In this document: positions 1 to 9,210 of the stretch, one piece after another
Layout: the number at the start of each line of letters is the position of its first letter
How positions within the stretch are numbered: the stretch's first letter is position 1
DNA from: an uncultured Gemmatimonadales bacterium
Lineage (GTDB): Bacteria > Gemmatimonadota > Gemmatimonadetes > Longimicrobiales > Longimicrobiaceae
Assembly (NCBI GenBank): GCA_963716255.1
Contig: OY970303.1
Coordinates: forward strand, 6,304,001 to 6,368,000
DNA: 64,000 bases
Direction: 5' to 3'
The notes under the pieces: generated by a model
What the model was told of the DNA's origin: nothing
Databases searched by the model: none
Seen by the model: only the letters and a program-made list of their open reading frames with translations
Made by a program: the position numbers and the translations under genes

Positions 1-635
1 CGGGACGGTGGTGGGGCTCTGCTTCGCGGTCCGCCGCCACTACGCCGGGGTGGGGGCCGGCCTCCGGCGGCTGGACGCCATCCTGGAGGCGCTTCCCGTG
101 CACGCCCCGGACGCCCCCGCCCGAGCCGGATCCCCGCCTCCCCACGGCGGTCCTGCTGGTGGGCGGCTACGGCGGGCTGGGCGTGCACGCGCTGCTCGCG
201 GTGCAGCGGACCTTTCCCGGGCACTTCCGCAACTTCGGCTTCGTGTCGGTGGGGGTGATCGACGCGGCGACGATGAAGGGAGTGGAGGAGGTGGAGCGGC
301 TGCGCGCCCGCACGGAGGAGTTGCTGCGGCGCTACGTGGAGCTCGCCCGGCGCTTCGGGCTCGCGGCGGATTTCCGCATGGCGGTGGGGACGGACGTGCT
401 GGACGAGGGCGAGGAGGTGTGCGCCGGGATCGCCGCGGACTACCCACGCTCCGTTTTCTTCCTGGGAAAGCTGGTCTTCCGCGAGGAAACATTCTTCCAG
501 CGCCTGCTCCACAACGAAACGGCGTACCAGCTCCAGCGGCGGCTCCAGCTCGCCGGCCGGAGCGCGATGGTGCTCCCGGTGCGGGTCGCCGGCGGGCGGA
601 GCGAAAACCCCGGAAAGCGAGTCGCGCAGCCATGA
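1..635 (+). CDS. C-terminal part of an APC-family/amino acid permease-like membrane protein (5' truncated, apparent frameshift at ~113-120)
   Basis: Frame 2 gives ..VVGLCFAVRRHY..LDAIL; frame 3 continues PEPDPRLPTAVLLVGGYGGLGVH..VGVID..FFLGKLVF..LLHNETA, resembling the cytoplasmic tail of this permease group; the switch falls in a C run. Confidence 0.6.
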   Translation, partial: GRWWGSASRSAATTPGWGPASGGWTPSWRRFPCTPRTPPPEPDPRLPTAVLLVGGYGGLGVHALLAVQRTFPGHFRNFGFVSVGVIDAATMKGVEEVERLRARTEELLRRYVELARRFGLAADFRMAVGTDVLDEGEEVCAGIAADYPRSVFFLGKLVFREETFFQRLLHNETAYQLQRRLQLAGRSAMVLPVRVAGGRSENPGKRVAQP

Positions 636-1033
636 GAACCCCCACCTTCGCCGTCCGCCGCGCCGTCCTGCCGGTGCTCCTGCCGCTGCTGGCCGCCTGC
701 GGACCTCCGCCGCAGATCGTGGGCTCGTGGGAAACGCAGGAGCCCCTGCGCGTGCGGACCACCTACGTGTCCCGGGAGGGCGGCACCGGCTTCCGCATCG
801 CCGGGGGGCGGATGGAGGACTTCCGCTACGCCGTGGACCCCGACGCCGACCCGGTCCCGCTCGACCTGTGGCTGCGCGCCCCGGGCGGCGAGGAGCGCCG
901 CGTCGCCGGGATCGTGCAGCTCCGGGGCGGGAGTGGGCTGCGGATCCGGCTCGCGCCGCCGGGCGAGCCGCGCCCGCGGGAGTTCTCCCGCGCTCATCCC
1001 GGCACCGCTCTCAGCCGCTCCGTGCCGAGGTGA
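632..1033 (+). CDS. Putative lipoprotein, TIGR03067-like domain
   Basis: ATGA overlap with upstream stop; lipobox LAAC; pattern Y-x-VDP..P..LDL..GI.QL.G..LRI..APPG..RP.EF. Confidence 0.55.
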   Translation: MRTPTFAVRRAVLPVLLPLLAACGPPPQIVGSWETQEPLRVRTTYVSREGGTGFRIAGGRMEDFRYAVDPDADPVPLDLWLRAPGGEERRVAGIVQLRGGSGLRIRLAPPGEPRPREFSRAHPGTALSRSVPR

Positions 1034-1063
1034 TGGAGCCACCACCCACAGGGGCAACAGCGT

Positions 1064-1290
1064 GCGCTTCGGCGGGGTCCGGTGTTTGGGGTCGGCCAGG
1101 GGAGGCTCCTCCGGCAGTGCGAAACTCGCCCGCCGTCCGTGCGAGGGCGGGATCGCGCTGGCTTCGAACAAACGCACCGCCTGCGGACCCTCCCCCGACC
1201 TCCCGGCGCAGATCCCAGGAACGGCAACAGCCGTGTCGGTGCAGTACTCCCCCTCTCCCGCTTGCGGGGGAGGGGGCCGGGGGGAGGGGG
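1064..1290 (+). repeat. Repeat family C copy 1 (~230 bp), ending in a CCCTCTCCC-type hairpin
   Basis: Long identical blocks shared with 14760-15003, e.g. gaggctcctccggcagtgcga and cccgacctcccggcgcagatcccaggaacggcaacagccgtgtcg. Confidence 0.9.
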
Positions 1291-1316
1291 CCCTCGCGGA
1301 CGCCAGCGCGAGCCCC

Positions 1317-1447
1317 GCGTGAGGGATTTCGGCCCGAAGGGGCGAGACCCCGCGGGCAGTTTCGCGGGGGCTCGACTCCGTTACGCACGGTTGTTTCGTG
1401 CGTTACGGAGCCGAAGCCCGGCCCCGGCGCCAGCCGGGGGCACGCCC
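1317..1447 (+). repeat. Structured dispersed repeat family A, copy 1
   Basis: gcgtgagggatttcggcccgaaggggcgagac...ggctcgactccgtt...tacggagccgaagccc...cggcgccagccgggggcacgccc; 8 copies in window. Confidence 0.95.
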
Positions 1448-1470
1448 AACCCCGCAGTTTTCCGTAAAAA

Positions 1471-3021
1471 TCAGCCCGCCACGGCGAGAACCGGAAGCGG
1501 TTGCGCGGTGCCCGAGTGCAGGAACGCGTTCGGGTCGTGGTGGAGCGCTTCCTTGGGCAGCCATTCCCAGAGCGGACCCAGGTGCGTGCGGATCTGGCCG
1601 GTGAGCACGGCGGGCAGCTCGGCGGTCTCCCCCTCGAAGAAGGCGCGGAACCGCGGCTCGTCCATCCACCGCCGCATCTTCCGGTGGTAGGCGTTGCGGT
1701 TGTTGCGCTCGGACGAGATCCCGCGGAAGAACTGCTCCAGGGCGATGTACGACCGCCGGTTCCTGACCAGCCGGCGCGTGAGGGCCCGCGGCGAGAATGC
1801 GTAGTCGAAGGTGTCGATCACGTGGTCGTAGAACTGCGGCCACGTGTAGTTCCTGGGCCGGACGTTCATGGCCTGCACCAGGTCCAGGAAGTGGAAGGGC
1901 ACGGGGAGCACCCGCCCCTCCCGCTGGTAGTCCAGGTTGAGCACGGCGTTGCGCCCGAAGGCCGAGAGCAGCGCGAAGTGCGGGTACATCCCCGGGGCCT
2001 GGTCCACGAAGCGCTTGGTGAGCTCGAACGGCTCGGGCCCCTCGTCGGCGTCCAGCCCGAAGATCAGGTTGCACTGGGTGTAGGGGACGTACTCGTTGAC
2101 CAGGTTGGCCTGCTCGGCCACGGCCTGCACCTTTTCCATGCCGCGCACGGAGCGCATGCGCGACTTGTCGCCGATGTCGAACCACGACTCGATGCCGGGG
2201 GCGATGGCCTTGAAGCCGTTGCGCTTGAGCCGCTTGAGGTTGTCCTCCTTGAGCAGCGACAGCGAGGTTTCGGCCACGAAGGTGACGCTTCCCGGCGGCA
2301 CCACCTCCTCGATGGTGTCCAGGTAGTCGTCGAAGCGGATGCCGAAGTTGGGATCGTGCCACACCGCCACCGCGCGCGGCATCTTCAGCTCCTGGAAGAA
2401 GCGCAGGTCGTCGCGGAGCCCCTCGTAGGGGAGCGGCTGGTAGGGCACCACGGCGTCGATGCAGAAGCTGCACTTGTACGGGCACCCCAGGCTCCCCAAA
2501 AAGGGCACCAGCTTGAGGACGTTGGCGCGGTCCATGGAGGGCTTGAGGAACTTCCAGCGCTGGCGCAGCCCCGGGAGGTCGGCGGGCTGCCTGTGCGCCG
2601 ACAGGTACGCGCCGAGGGGCCGCTGGGGCGCGGGATCGTGCAGCAGGTCGCGGATCAGCTCGCGGTCGCAGAAGCCCACCACGTAGTCGAAGTACTTGCG
2701 GGCGTCCTCGGGATACGACCTCGCGTGGGGCCCGCCCAGCACGGTGGGCACGCCCCGGTGCCGGTAGAAGGCGCTGAAGGCGTAGGCCAGCAGCGCGCAC
2801 TGCGAGAAGGCGTTGATGAAGAGCAGGTCCAGCTCCTCGGGGAGGCCGCCCGCCAGCAGCTCGGTGCCGGAGTAGTAGGCGATGTGCGCCTGGTGTCCCT
2901 CCTCCTCGCACCACACCCCCACCACCTGGGGCATGATGCTGGTGTTGTTGGCCCGCATGAGGCGCGAGTACCCGTTGCGCGGAGGCTCCTTGCCGAGCAG
3001 GTCGATGATCCCGATGCGCAT
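1471..3021 (-). CDS. B12-binding domain radical SAM protein
   Basis: VLGGPHA cobalamin-domain motif, GCPYKCSFC (CxxxCxxC), GIES, IFGLDAD; RBS aggag before ATG at 3021. Confidence 0.85.
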   Translation of the reverse strand: MRIGIIDLLGKEPPRNGYSRLMRANNTSIMPQVVGVWCEEEGHQAHIAYYSGTELLAGGLPEELDLLFINAFSQCALLAYAFSAFYRHRGVPTVLGGPHARSYPEDARKYFDYVVGFCDRELIRDLLHDPAPQRPLGAYLSAHRQPADLPGLRQRWKFLKPSMDRANVLKLVPFLGSLGCPYKCSFCIDAVVPYQPLPYEGLRDDLRFFQELKMPRAVAVWHDPNFGIRFDDYLDTIEEVVPPGSVTFVAETSLSLLKEDNLKRLKRNGFKAIAPGIESWFDIGDKSRMRSVRGMEKVQAVAEQANLVNEYVPYTQCNLIFGLDADEGPEPFELTKRFVDQAPGMYPHFALLSAFGRNAVLNLDYQREGRVLPVPFHFLDLVQAMNVRPRNYTWPQFYDHVIDTFDYAFSPRALTRRLVRNRRSYIALEQFFRGISSERNNRNAYHRKMRRWMDEPRFRAFFEGETAELPAVLTGQIRTHLGPLWEWLPKEALHHDPNAFLHSGTAQPLPVLAVAG

Positions 3022-3259
3022 GTCTCTCCTTCGCCGGCGTACACGAGGCGGACCGCTGAGGAAGATGCTGGTGCACAACACCCTAGGGAGCGCGGCGGGC
3101 GCTGGCAAGCACTTCGTTTCGCGCCCCTCCGGGCAATCCCGCGCCCCGCCGGGGCCCGCGCGGGGACGGACGTTCCTGCCGCGCCGCGGAGCGCATTGCG
3201 CGGCATGGATTTGGCTACTGCGGCGGACGGTGCGGAAATGCCAACCCGGGAGAGCGAAG

Positions 3260-4138
3260 ATGCGCGGCAAGCAGAGCTGGATGGGGGCCGGGCTGGCGGT
3301 GGCGGTCGCGGCGGCGGGGTGCGCGCGGGCGGAGGGCGCGCCGGACCGGACGCCGCCCCGTGCCGCGGCGGCGCCGGCCGCGGCCCCGGCGCCCGGCCCG
3401 CGGGAGGTGGACGCGGCGCGGCGGCGGGTCGCGGCGCGCGCCGACTCGGCGCGCCGGACGCTGGTGCAGGTGCGCGGGCTCACGCGCGAGGAGCGCGCGG
3501 ACCTGCGGCAGGACGTGAACGCCCGCCAGGTGGCGGTGGCGCAGAGCCTGGGGGTGCGCGCCCGGGACGAGGAGGAGATCCGGCGGCTGGTGCGCGAGGG
3601 GTGGCTGGTGGCGCTGGAGGACAGCACGCAGTACTGGGTGCTGCGCGACCTGACGTACTCGGTGCCGTACGTGACGCCGGACGCGAAGGCCATGCTGCTG
3701 GAGATCGGCCGCCGCTTCCACGAGCGCATGGACAGCCTGGGGCTGCCGCGCTACCGCATGGAGGTGACCTCGGTGCTGCGGACGCCGGAGGCGCAGGACG
3801 AGCTGAAGCGCCGCAACTCCAACGCCGCGCGCGACGTGAGCGCCCACGAGTTCGGCACCACGCTGGACGTGGCGCACGTGCGCTTCGCCCCGCCCGCCGC
3901 CGCCGACCTCCCGGCCGAGCTCCCCGCCGCCCCCGGCCCGTCCGCGCTGATCCGCGCCGAGGAGGCCACGCTGCTGCACGAGGTGGCGAAGCAGAACGCC
4001 GCCGCCCTGCAGGCCGAGCTGGGCCGCGTGCTCGCGGAGATGCGCGACGAGCGCAAGCTCCGCGTGATGATGGAGCGCCGCCAGGCCGTCTACCACATGA
4101 CCGTAGCGCAGCGGATGCCCGCCGCCGCGGAGGACTGA
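3260..4138 (+). CDS. DUF5715-type lipoprotein (peptidase M15-like motif)
   Basis: Lipobox AAGC; VTSVLRT..Q..L...N.NAA..SAHEFGTTLDV. Confidence 0.7.
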   Translation: MRGKQSWMGAGLAVAVAAAGCARAEGAPDRTPPRAAAAPAAAPAPGPREVDAARRRVAARADSARRTLVQVRGLTREERADLRQDVNARQVAVAQSLGVRARDEEEIRRLVREGWLVALEDSTQYWVLRDLTYSVPYVTPDAKAMLLEIGRRFHERMDSLGLPRYRMEVTSVLRTPEAQDELKRRNSNAARDVSAHEFGTTLDVAHVRFAPPAAADLPAELPAAPGPSALIRAEEATLLHEVAKQNAAALQAELGRVLAEMRDERKLRVMMERRQAVYHMTVAQRMPAAAED

Positions 4139-4143
4139 GCGGG

Positions 4144-4198
4144 CCCTCACCCGGCTCGCTTGAGGCTCGCCACCCTCTCCCAATTCTGGGAGAGGGGG
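4144..4198 (+). repeat. REP-like family D (ccctcacccggctcgcttgaggctcgccaccctctccc-loop-gggagaggg)
   Basis: Recurs at 37167, 41164, 43886, 57584. Confidence 0.9.
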
Positions 4199-4231
4199 CA
4201 ACTGCTCGATCCTGAGAACGGGCAAGTAGTT

Positions 4232-4364
4232 GCGTGAGGGATTACGGCCCGAAGGGGCGAGACCCGGCGGGGCAGTTTCCGCCGGGGCTCGACTCCGTTA
4301 GCGAGCGTTGTTTGCTCGCTTACGGAGCCGAAGCCAGACCCCGGCGCCAGCCGGGGGCACGCCC
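4232..4364 (+). repeat. Structured repeat family A, copy 2
   Basis: Same scaffold; stems cccggcgg/ccgccggg and agcgagc/gctcgct. Confidence 0.95.
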
Positions 4365-4410
4365 GACCAAGCAGTTCAATCCGTAAGACCCTTCACGAAA
4401 CCGACTCGCC

Positions 4411-6156
4411 TCAGAACGCGGTTCCGTTCGCCCGCTTCCCGGCCGACGAGGATAGCGACCCCAGCGCCGTGTGGAGCACGAACGACCCGGTGGCGCTCGC
4501 GTCCGGGCTGCGGTTCATGGACACCCCGTCGGTGCCGGAGAGCGAGGACGGATAGGAGTAGCTGTTCACCGTCGTGGTCCCGTTCTTCAGGATCACCGAG
4601 TCGCCGCTGTTGCCCAGCGCGAGCGACCCCGTGCTCGCCGCCACCGCGTTGGTGAGCCCGGCCGGGATCGCCGAGGCGCCGGCGAACACCACGATCGCCT
4701 TGCCCGGCGCCAGCGTGGTCCCCGCCGCGAAGGTGTGCTTCACTCCCGCGCCGTCGCTGATCGTCCACCCGCCGATGGACGCCGAGGTGCCGCCCACGTT
4801 GACGATCTCCACGAACTCGCCCGCCGTGTTGCTCCCCGGCTCGTTGGCCATGATCTCGTTGATGACGACCTGCGCCGGCGTGCCCGAGGGCACGGTGATG
4901 GTGAACGCGGCGTTGCTCGCGTCGCTCACCGAAGGCGCCGCCGCGTCGCTCACCCGCACCCGGGCCGCGGTGCTGGCCGTGGAGGGAACCGTCCACGCGT
5001 AGCTCCCGGCGGAGGCCGGGGTGCCGGCCGTGATGGTGCTCCAGGTGGTGCCGTCCAGCGTGTACTCCAGCTTCACGTTCGCCACCCCGGACGACGTCCA
5101 GGTGATGCTCTGCATGCTCCCGCCCGCCCACGACTCGCCGCCGTTGGGCGCGGTGACCGCCACGCTCGCCGTGCCGCCGGTGCCCCAGGTGTAGCGGCTG
5201 AGCACCGGGTAGTGGTCGCTGGTGGTGGCGTCGTAGCTGGCGACGAACGAGTCCACCCGGTACACCTCCGTGCTCCCCGGCACCAGCGTGGCGTACAGCT
5301 CGTTGGTGTCCAGGTGGTGGTCGATCATGTCCGTGTAGCTGGTGGTGGACGACACGCCGGCGAGCGAGAGCGCCCGCGTGGGGAAGGCGTAGTCCGCCGC
5401 GTCGGCCACGAAGTTCTGGTAGGGCGATGCGCTGCCGGAGGTGATGGAGGTGTCCACGTCGTCGTTCCAGTCGCCCACCACGATCACCTTCTGCGTGGGG
5501 TAGGTGGCGTCCAGGTACGTCTTGAGCGCCGCCGAGGCGTTCTGGCGCTTCTGCCAGCTGGGGGCATCGTCGAACGCCTTCATGTGAAGCACGATCACCA
5601 CCACGTCCTCGGTGACGCCGTTCAGCGTCACGCGCAGCTTCACCTCCAGCGGCGGGCGGCCGGCGAAGTCCGCGTCGTTGGCGGTGAGGATCACCTTGGC
5701 CCCCAGCAGCGTCGCCACGGAGCTCCTGTACAGGATTCCCACCTTCTGCTCGGTGGCGCCGTAGTAGGCGGAGCCGTTGGTCACCGTGGACTCGCCCGCC
5801 AGGAAGCCGGTGTAGCCGGTGAGCTGCGACTCCAGGCTGTTCCATGCCGCCTGGTCCGCGATCTCCGCCACGCCCCACACGTCGAAGTCGGTCCCGGCGA
5901 TCACGTCGCGCGCGTTCTGGAGCTGGAGCGTCTCGTTGCTCGGCCCGCTGCCGGTGGCGCCGAACCACTCGATGTTCCAGCTCGCCACGTCCAGCGTGGC
6001 GGCGGCGCCCTTTGCCGGCACGGTCGCGAGGGATGGACGGTCGGGGGCGGCGGGGGCCTCACCGCGCGCCGCCGTGGGGGTGTCGCACGCGGCGAGGGCG
6101 GGCGCGAGGAGGGCGCCGAGCAGGAGCGCGGCGCGGAAGCGGAGCAAGGGGGTCAT
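4411..6156 (-). CDS. Lipoprotein endonuclease/exonuclease/phosphatase with Ig-like and lamin-tail domains
   Basis: Lipobox LAAC; ASWNIEWFG, HMKA, VGDWND, IDH, SDHYPV; VTAPNGGE Ig-like segment; VVINEIMAN..EFVEI LTD motif. Confidence 0.85.
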   Translation of the reverse strand: MTPLLRFRAALLLGALLAPALAACDTPTAARGEAPAAPDRPSLATVPAKGAAATLDVASWNIEWFGATGSGPSNETLQLQNARDVIAGTDFDVWGVAEIADQAAWNSLESQLTGYTGFLAGESTVTNGSAYYGATEQKVGILYRSSVATLLGAKVILTANDADFAGRPPLEVKLRVTLNGVTEDVVVIVLHMKAFDDAPSWQKRQNASAALKTYLDATYPTQKVIVVGDWNDDVDTSITSGSASPYQNFVADAADYAFPTRALSLAGVSSTTSYTDMIDHHLDTNELYATLVPGSTEVYRVDSFVASYDATTSDHYPVLSRYTWGTGGTASVAVTAPNGGESWAGGSMQSITWTSSGVANVKLEYTLDGTTWSTITAGTPASAGSYAWTVPSTASTAARVRVSDAAAPSVSDASNAAFTITVPSGTPAQVVINEIMANEPGSNTAGEFVEIVNVGGTSASIGGWTISDGAGVKHTFAAGTTLAPGKAIVVFAGASAIPAGLTNAVAASTGSLALGNSGDSVILKNGTTTVNSYSYPSSLSGTDGVSMNRSPDASATGSFVLHTALGSLSSSAGKRANGTAF

Positions 6157-6370
6157 CCGGTCACCCTGGGGTGGGAGTGGGGCGCGCCGCGATGCGCGGC
6201 GTGCAGGAATGTGGCGGATAAGGTATGCTCCGCCGCGCCGCCGCACCACGGGGACGAGCGCAACGGACCGGTCACGGACGGGTCCCCGCCCGGCGCCGTG
6301 TTCCCCCGGGGGAACACGGCCCGTGCGTGCGCGACCGGGGGGACACGCAAGCCCTGAATCCGCATGGCGC

Positions 6371-6399
6371 TTGACGCCCTCCGGCCGGCGTTCCATATT
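6371..6399 (+). promoter_or_regulatory. Candidate sigma70 promoter for the T6SS operon
   Basis: TTGACG-17 nt-CATATT, ~150 nt upstream of tssH. Confidence 0.45.
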
Positions 6400-6549
6400 G
6401 CAACCTTCATCCGCCGTCTGCTTTCGTGGCACCCTTTCCCGCCACGCGAGTCACCAGGCTTTCCGCCCGCCGCACATCCCGCGGGGGCTCCGCAAGGGGC
6501 TTCCCGCTCGGTTTTTTTCCCCCAGCGCCGCCGGCCCCCGCCGCAGACG

Positions 6550-9210
6550 ATGGTTGCCGACCCCAGGACCCTGATCGACAAGCTCAACCCGGCGTGCCGC
6601 GGCGCGCTGGAGAGGGCCGCCGCGGTCTGCGTCCGGCGGACCCACTACGGGGTGGAGGTGGAGCACCTGCTCGGGGAGCTGCTGGAGTCGCCGGGCGGCG
6701 ACGTGCCCGCCGTGCTGCGGCAGTACGACGTGGACCCCGCCGCCGCGCTGGCGGAGCTGGCGGCGGCCACCGAGCGCTTCCAGCGCGGCAACGGCCGCAC
6801 CCCGGCGCTGTCGCCGCACCTGCTGCGGTGGCTGGAGCGGGGGTGGCTGGTCGCCTCGCTCCGGCTGGGGGAGGACGCGGTGCGCCCGGGGGCGCTCCTC
6901 CTGGCGCTGCTGGACGACGACCTGCTCCGCGCCGCCGCCCTGGAGGCCGCCCCCGCGCTGGGGCGCATCCCCCGAGACTCGCTCCGCGACAGCCTGCGCG
7001 ACCTGCTCGGCGCCCCCGCCGCTCCCGCGTCCCCCCACCGCGCCCCGCTCGCCGCCGCGCCGCTCCACGACGGCCCCTCTCCCTCCGCCGCCACCCCCGC
7101 GCTCGACCGCTACACCGTGGACCTCACCGCCCTCGCGCGGGCGGGCGGGATCGACCCGGTCCGCGGGCGCGACGGCGAGATCCGGCAGGTCGTGGACATC
7201 CTCATGCGCCGCCGCCAGAACAACCCCATCCTCACCGGCGAGGCCGGGGTGGGGAAGACGGCCGTGGTGGAGGGCTTCGCGACCCGCGTGGCGGAGGGGA
7301 GCGTCCCTCCGGCCCTGCAGGGCGCGGCCGTGCGGGCGCTGGACCTGGGCGCGCTCCAGGCCGGCGCCGGGGTGCGCGGCGAGTTCGAGAGCCGCCTCCG
7401 CGCCGTGATCGACGAGGTGCGCGCCTCCCCGGGCGCGGTGATCCTGTTCATCGACGAGGCGCACACGCTGATCGGCGCGGGCGGCGCGGAGGGGCAGGGC
7501 GACGCCGCCAACCTCCTCAAGCCCGCCCTGGCCCGCGGCGAGCTGCGCACCGTCGCCGCGACCACCTGGTCCGAGTACAAGCGCCACATCGAAAAGGACC
7601 CCGCCCTCGCCCGCCGCTTCCAGACGGTGCGCGTGGACGAACCGGACGAGGCGACGGCCGTGGACATGCTCCGCGGCGTCGCCGCGCAGCTGGAGCGGCA
7701 CCACGGCGTGCGCGTGCTGGACGAGGCGGTGCGCGACGCGGTGCGCCTTTCCCACCGGCACATGCCCGGCCGCCAGCTCCCCGACAAGGCCATCAGCGTG
7801 CTGGACACCGCCTGCGCCCGCGTCGCGGTGGCGCAGCACGGCGCCCCGGTGGCGGTGGAGGCGGCCGGGCGGCGGATGGAGCAGGCCGCCCTGGAGCTGG
7901 GGATCCTGCGCCGCGAGGCCGCCGCCGGCGCCGACCACGCCGCCCGCCTGGCCGCGCTGGAGGACGAGCTGGACGCCGCCCGCGCCGAGCGCGCCGCGCT
8001 GGAGGATCGCTGGCGCGCCGAGCTGGAGCGCGTGCGCGAGATCGTCCGGCTGCGCGCGGAGGCGGAGGAAGACGGCGACGCCGGCGGGCGCCTGGGGCGC
8101 GAGGTCGCCGCGCTGGAGGCGGACCTGGAAGCGCTCCAGGGCGAGGAGCCGCTGGTCCCCTCCTGCGTGGACTCGCGGGTGGTGGCGTCGGTGATCTCCG
8201 GGTGGACGGGGATCCCGCTGGGCAAGATCCTCAAGGACGAGATCCGCACCGTGCTGGGGCTGCGCCACCGCATGGCGGACCGGGTGATCGGGCAGCCGGA
8301 GGCGCTGGACACCATCGCCCGGCGCATCCGGACCTTCCGCGCCTCGCTGGACGACCCCGGCAAGCCGATGGGCGTGTTCCTGCTGGTGGGGCCCAGCGGG
8401 GTGGGGAAGACGGAGACCGCGCTCACCCTGGCCGACCACCTGTACGGCGGCGAGCGCAACCTGGTGACCGTCAACATGTCCGAGTACCAGGAGGCGCACA
8501 CCGTGTCCGCGCTCAAGGGCGCGCCCCCGGGCTACGTGGGGTTCGGCCGCGGCGGCATCCTCACCGAGGCGGTGCGGCGGCGACCGTACAGCGTGGTGCT
8601 GCTGGACGAAGTGGAGAAGGCCCACCCCGACGTGCTGGAGCTCTTCTACCAGGTGTTCGACAAGGGGAGGATGGAGGACGGCGAGGGCGTGTCCGTGGAC
8701 TTTCGCAACACGCTCATCCTGCTCACCTCCAACGTGGGCTCGGAGACGGTGCTGGACGCCTGCCGCGGCGCCCGCCCCCAGCCGGAGGCGCTGGAGGAGG
8801 CGATCCGCCCCGAGCTGCTGCGCTGCTTCCGCCCCGCCTTCCTGGGCCGGCTCACCGTGGTCCCCTACTTCCCGCTCGCCGACGCCGAGATCCGCGAGAT
8901 CGTGGAGCTCAAGCTGGCCGAGGTGCAGCGCCGCTTCTGGGAGAGCCACGGCGCCGAGCTGACCTACGACGACGCCGTGGTGGAAACGGTGGCGCGCCGC
9001 TGCACCGAGACCGACGCCGGCGCCCGCAACGTGGACCACATCGTCACCCACTCCGTCCTCCCGGAGCTTTCCACGCTGGTGCTGGAGCGCATGTCCCGCG
9101 GCCAGGCCGCCGCCGCCGTGCACCTGTCGCTGGGCGCCATGGGCGGCTTCGCGTACCGGGTGGCCGATCCCGCCCCGCTGCGCCTCCTCCCGCTGCCGGT
9201 GCCCGCGTGA
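6550..9210 (+). CDS. tssH: T6SS ATPase ClpV/TssH
   Basis: RRRQNNPILTGEAGVGKTAVVEG, LFIDEAH, GPSGVGKTET, NMSEYQEAHTVS. Confidence 0.95.
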   Translation: MVADPRTLIDKLNPACRGALERAAAVCVRRTHYGVEVEHLLGELLESPGGDVPAVLRQYDVDPAAALAELAAATERFQRGNGRTPALSPHLLRWLERGWLVASLRLGEDAVRPGALLLALLDDDLLRAAALEAAPALGRIPRDSLRDSLRDLLGAPAAPASPHRAPLAAAPLHDGPSPSAATPALDRYTVDLTALARAGGIDPVRGRDGEIRQVVDILMRRRQNNPILTGEAGVGKTAVVEGFATRVAEGSVPPALQGAAVRALDLGALQAGAGVRGEFESRLRAVIDEVRASPGAVILFIDEAHTLIGAGGAEGQGDAANLLKPALARGELRTVAATTWSEYKRHIEKDPALARRFQTVRVDEPDEATAVDMLRGVAAQLERHHGVRVLDEAVRDAVRLSHRHMPGRQLPDKAISVLDTACARVAVAQHGAPVAVEAAGRRMEQAALELGILRREAAAGADHAARLAALEDELDAARAERAALEDRWRAELERVREIVRLRAEAEEDGDAGGRLGREVAALEADLEALQGEEPLVPSCVDSRVVASVISGWTGIPLGKILKDEIRTVLGLRHRMADRVIGQPEALDTIARRIRTFRASLDDPGKPMGVFLLVGPSGVGKTETALTLADHLYGGERNLVTVNMSEYQEAHTVSALKGAPPGYVGFGRGGILTEAVRRRPYSVVLLDEVEKAHPDVLELFYQVFDKGRMEDGEGVSVDFRNTLILLTSNVGSETVLDACRGARPQPEALEEAIRPELLRCFRPAFLGRLTVVPYFPLADAEIREIVELKLAEVQRRFWESHGAELTYDDAVVETVARRCTETDAGARNVDHIVTHSVLPELSTLVLERMSRGQAAAAVHLSLGAMGGFAYRVADPAPLRLLPLPVPA

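Noticed and set aside
1317..1447. Family A as tRNA, tmRNA or a known riboswitch
   Set aside because: No TTC T-loop, anticodon arm or CCA end; not consistently in 5' leaders; no Rfam motif that I recognise
1471..3021. Radical SAM enzyme as a RiPP maturase or NRPS tailoring enzyme
   Set aside because: No precursor peptide, RRE or SPASM motif seen, and it is over 26 kb from the NRPS
6426..9206. 1602-aa VgrG with a long N-terminal extension
   Set aside because: The extension is an off-frame read of tssH; VgrG homology starts at GTG 9207
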